Assembly (NCBI RefSeq): GCF_963921235.1
Contig: NC_086097.1
Location: 150,910,001-150,974,000, forward strand
DNA from: Mobula hypostoma
Taxonomy: Eukaryota
DNA: 64,000 nucleotides
Direction of reading: 5' to 3'
The position numbers and the translations under genes are program-made. The stretch's first letter is position 1, and each line of letters opens with the position of its first letter. The notes beneath the pieces are model-generated. The model did not search any database. It worked only from the letters and a program-made list of their open reading frames with translations, and was not told the DNA's origin. This document shows positions 61,105 to 64,000 of this stretch, piece by piece.

Positions 61105-61213
61105 GAACATACATCAAAGTTGCTGGTGAACGCAGCAGGCCAGGCAGCATCTATAGGAAGAGGTGCAGTCGACGTTTCAGGCCGAGACCCTTCGTCAGGA
61201 CTAACTTCAGTTA
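61105..61213 (-). mobile_element. Short PLE terminus with intact hammerhead motif (61166-61203)
   Basis: Near-identical to 55547-55647. Confidence 0.85.
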
Positions 61214-62154
61214 AAACTTAACTGAAAATACATGTTTGTTTTCCCATAAAAATGTAGGAATAATTCTCACAACAATTTCAAACGATTTTCCCTTTACCAC
61301 TCACACCTGAGACCCTCGACTTCTAAGATTAGAGGAGATATTTCAGAAATGACCGGATTGAGACTATTTTTCCTGAATCGTATTCAAAACACTTAGAACA
61401 AGGAATTGAAGACTTGAGAACACATGTTACCATGACAACTGTGGAATTTTAATTGAACTATTAAATAAACCTTTTTTTTAAAAGCTGGTAATTGCAAACT
61501 AATGTAAGTTATGGTTAATAATGTTAAAAATATTCTCTGGTGAAGGAACTCTGCCCTCTCTAACTTGTCAGGACTACTTGTGAATGAGAATCAGAATCAG
61601 GTTTAATATCAGCAGCATATGTTGTGAAATTTGTTGTGAATTGTTGTGAACAGCAATATCAGTTCAAAGACATTTTTGCACTGGTAATAAAGCTTTTCTT
61701 GCCAGGAATAAGAACAGAATCAAGGAAAAGATGAATGAGTAATTCTTGTTTCCAAACACTGAAAGAGACATCAGAGTTCATTGCTTACTATCTGTTTGTC
61801 GAGGTAATCTGAGGCTGCATTTGATTACCTTCCTTTTAACAGCTCAGATTTAGCACTCACATCTTCATAGAATCATAGAAGTTAACAGTGTGCCCATTCA
61901 ATTCATCAGGTCTTGCCAGCCAAAAAATGTTACTTTAGCTTCATCCTACTTCGCTGTTCATGGATCCATTTCCCTGAAAGTCCTGGCCCTTCAAGGTTTT
62001 TTTTGATTTTAAGCATAATGGTGGATTTAATCTACACCTCACTTTGAACTCCAGAATCTAGTTGAGTTTTAACGAATGTTTTCTATGTGACCTTGCTGCC
62101 CATGTATTCTGTACATTTGGCAATTATCCCACATGCTTTCTTAACAATTTTCAG

Positions 62155-62335
62155 AAGCCTGATGGTTGAGGGGTAATAACTGTTCCTGAACCAGGTGGTG
62201 TGGGACTTGAGGCTTCTCTATCTCTTTCCCGACGGCAGCAGCGAGAAGAGATCATGGCCTGGATGAAGTGGGTCCTTCATGACGGATGGTGCTTTCACGT
62301 GCCAGCGCTCCGTGTAGATGTGCTCAATGGTGGCC
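62155..62335 (-). mobile_element. Rex1-type fragment
   Basis: AGCCTGATGGTTGAGGGGTAATAACTGTTCCTGAACC, matching 6414-6450. Confidence 0.7.
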
Positions 62336-62439
62336 AAGGGATGCCATGAAATGCCCTAAATGAGCAGGTCAAGGAAATCCTAATGCATCTTTGCTTATGA
62401 TAAGAAAACAAGTCAGACAGACAGTTATAAAGCACTGAA

Positions 62440-63005
62440 GTATAGAAACAGGTCCTTTAGCCCATATAGTCTGTGCCAGCACAAGGAAATCTGCAGATGC
62501 TGGAATTTCAAGCAACACACATAAAAATTGCTGGTGAACGCAGCAGGCCAGGCAGCATCTATAGGAAGAGGTACAGTCGACGTTTCGGTCGCCAAGACAT
62601 TTCTGTGCCAGGCAGCTTTTCAGTCAACCCACACCCGGGCCGTAGCCTCCCATACCCCTCTCATTCAGGTACCTATCCAAACTTTTCCTAAATATTGCCA
62701 TTGAACCTGCACTCATCAACTCCGCTGGCAGCCGTTCCACTTCACACCACCCTCTGAGGGAGGAAGGTCCCCATCAGATTCCCCATAAATATTTCACTTT
62801 TCATCCTTAACTCAGTGTAATTCTCACCCAACCTCAGGAGGAAGAGCCTGTGTGTATTTACCCTATCTATACCCCTCAGAAGTTTGTATAGCTTGATCAA
62901 TGCTCCTCTTATTCTCCTCTGCTCCATTGAATAAAGTTACTCAACCTTTCCCTATAACTCAGGTCTTCAAATCCTTGTAAATTTTCTCTGTACTCTTTCA
63001 ATGTT
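62440..63005 (-). mobile_element. CR1 3' end
   Basis: EQRRIRGALIKLYKLLRGIDRV (62742-62927). Confidence 0.75.
62480..62601 (-). mobile_element. Short PLE terminus truncated inside the hammerhead
   Basis: TSD TCTGTGCCAG at 62470-62479 and 62602-62611; homology ends just after GTCGACGTTTC. Confidence 0.85.
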
Positions 63006-63007
63006 AT

Positions 63008-63520
63008 TCAAGTTCAAGTTCAACTGTACACCAGAATATAGCCAAATGAAACAATGTTCCTCTGAGGCCAAAGTGCAATACATAGCACCAACAGTCACAC
63101 ACAGCACATATAATTATGATAGAAGAGCAAACATGCAGTTACAAAAATTATATAAAAGATAATAATATAACCCAAGTCCGCAGGTGTCACGGCCCGTAGA
63201 TTGATGGTGCATGGATGCTGTCCTGGAGCCATGTTTCTTCAAGAACAAGCTGCAGCAGTTCCTCATTTCATGCATGTGCAGCCAAATGCAATCCAGCTTG
63301 TCTTGCACCGAGTAAACACTGGATAGCAACATTGACAGGTGAGGCCAGCATCCAAACCCTTGCACAACCCAGGGGCACACAGCTCGCTCCGGCATCCCCT
63401 TCGCCAGTGACCACAACCAACGACCCTGAGGCCTGAGGGCCTTGTCTCCATAGCAACCGAGGCAACACAGCTCCTCCTCCATCTGCCTTGCCAATGAACC
63501 AGTGAATCATTCTCGCAGAA
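63008..63520 (-). mobile_element. Internally deleted Rex1-type element (5' region and APE start joined to 3' tail)
   Basis: PHLSMLLSSVYSVQDKLDCI...EMRNCCSL resembles the Rex1 APE start (LPSILL.NV.SL.NKLD...E.R.CC.L); (TTGAAC)n tail at 63008-63024. Confidence 0.6.
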
Positions 63521-64000
63521 TTCTACTTTATCAATGTCCAACACAGTATTGGTGATCACAAGAGAAACATCTGAGCCAAACATCCCCTACCATTTGTTGG
63601 CTTGCATTCTGCCTGGTTGGCTGCAGCACAGTGCGCAAAAAGTCCAACTCCATCACTATCCAGCAACTTGCTAGCAGGGTAGACCCGCCATGCTTGATGT
63701 TCTTATTATTTAGCAGTCTTGCGATCATAAAAAAGGCATAATGGATGAACAATTGCACCTTTGTTTGGACCCAGAAAGGCCACTGTGTCCAAGCACGCCG
63801 CCATCTCACTGGACGTAAGGTATCTTTCCTGTTAGTTAGGTGACCATAACTACACACAATACTCCAAATTTTGCGTCTCCAACATCTTGTAGAACATGGT
63901 TGGGGGGTGGGAATCAAATTAAAGAGGCTAGGCATGAGGAGGTTAGTTCACAACAGAGGGATGGGAACCACTGCAGAGAGACAGAGGGGTGTAAAGTGAG

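Overview
Eukaryotic, repeat-dense genomic DNA with no recognisable host protein-coding gene, rRNA, tRNA gene or CRISPR array. It is intergenic or intronic vertebrate sequence. The repeat mix (CR1, Rex1/Babar, HE1-type V-SINEs, Neptune-type Penelope) suggests a cartilaginous fish, probably a ray; this is inference. Nearly all listed ORFs are transposon debris or chance. Best-supported structures: (1) a family of Penelope-like elements (PLEs) whose terminal repeats carry minimal type-I hammerhead ribozymes, inserted repeatedly as inverted pairs with ~10-14 bp target duplications. The largest (55510-57521) keeps the RT YIDD motif and a GIY-YIG endonuclease. (2) A bounded, degenerate GalEa-like Ty1/Copia provirus (50063-54358) with both LTRs, a 5-bp TSD, a tRNA-iMet PBS overlapping the gag ATG, a PPT and a nested solo LTR. 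(3) A Chapaev3-type DNA transposon with a TTA TSD. (4) An R4/Dong-type RLE retrotransposon inserted in a TAA repeat that appears to be an L2 tail. (5) A chromodomain Gypsy remnant, two Tigger derivatives, several solo LTRs and non-autonomous LINE-derived elements. I could not support a wholly new biological system. The most notable signals are the ribozyme-bearing inverted PLE insertions and the TE lineages that are less common in vertebrates. Family names come from motif recognition by eye with no database search, and boundaries without a stated TSD or TIR are approximate.
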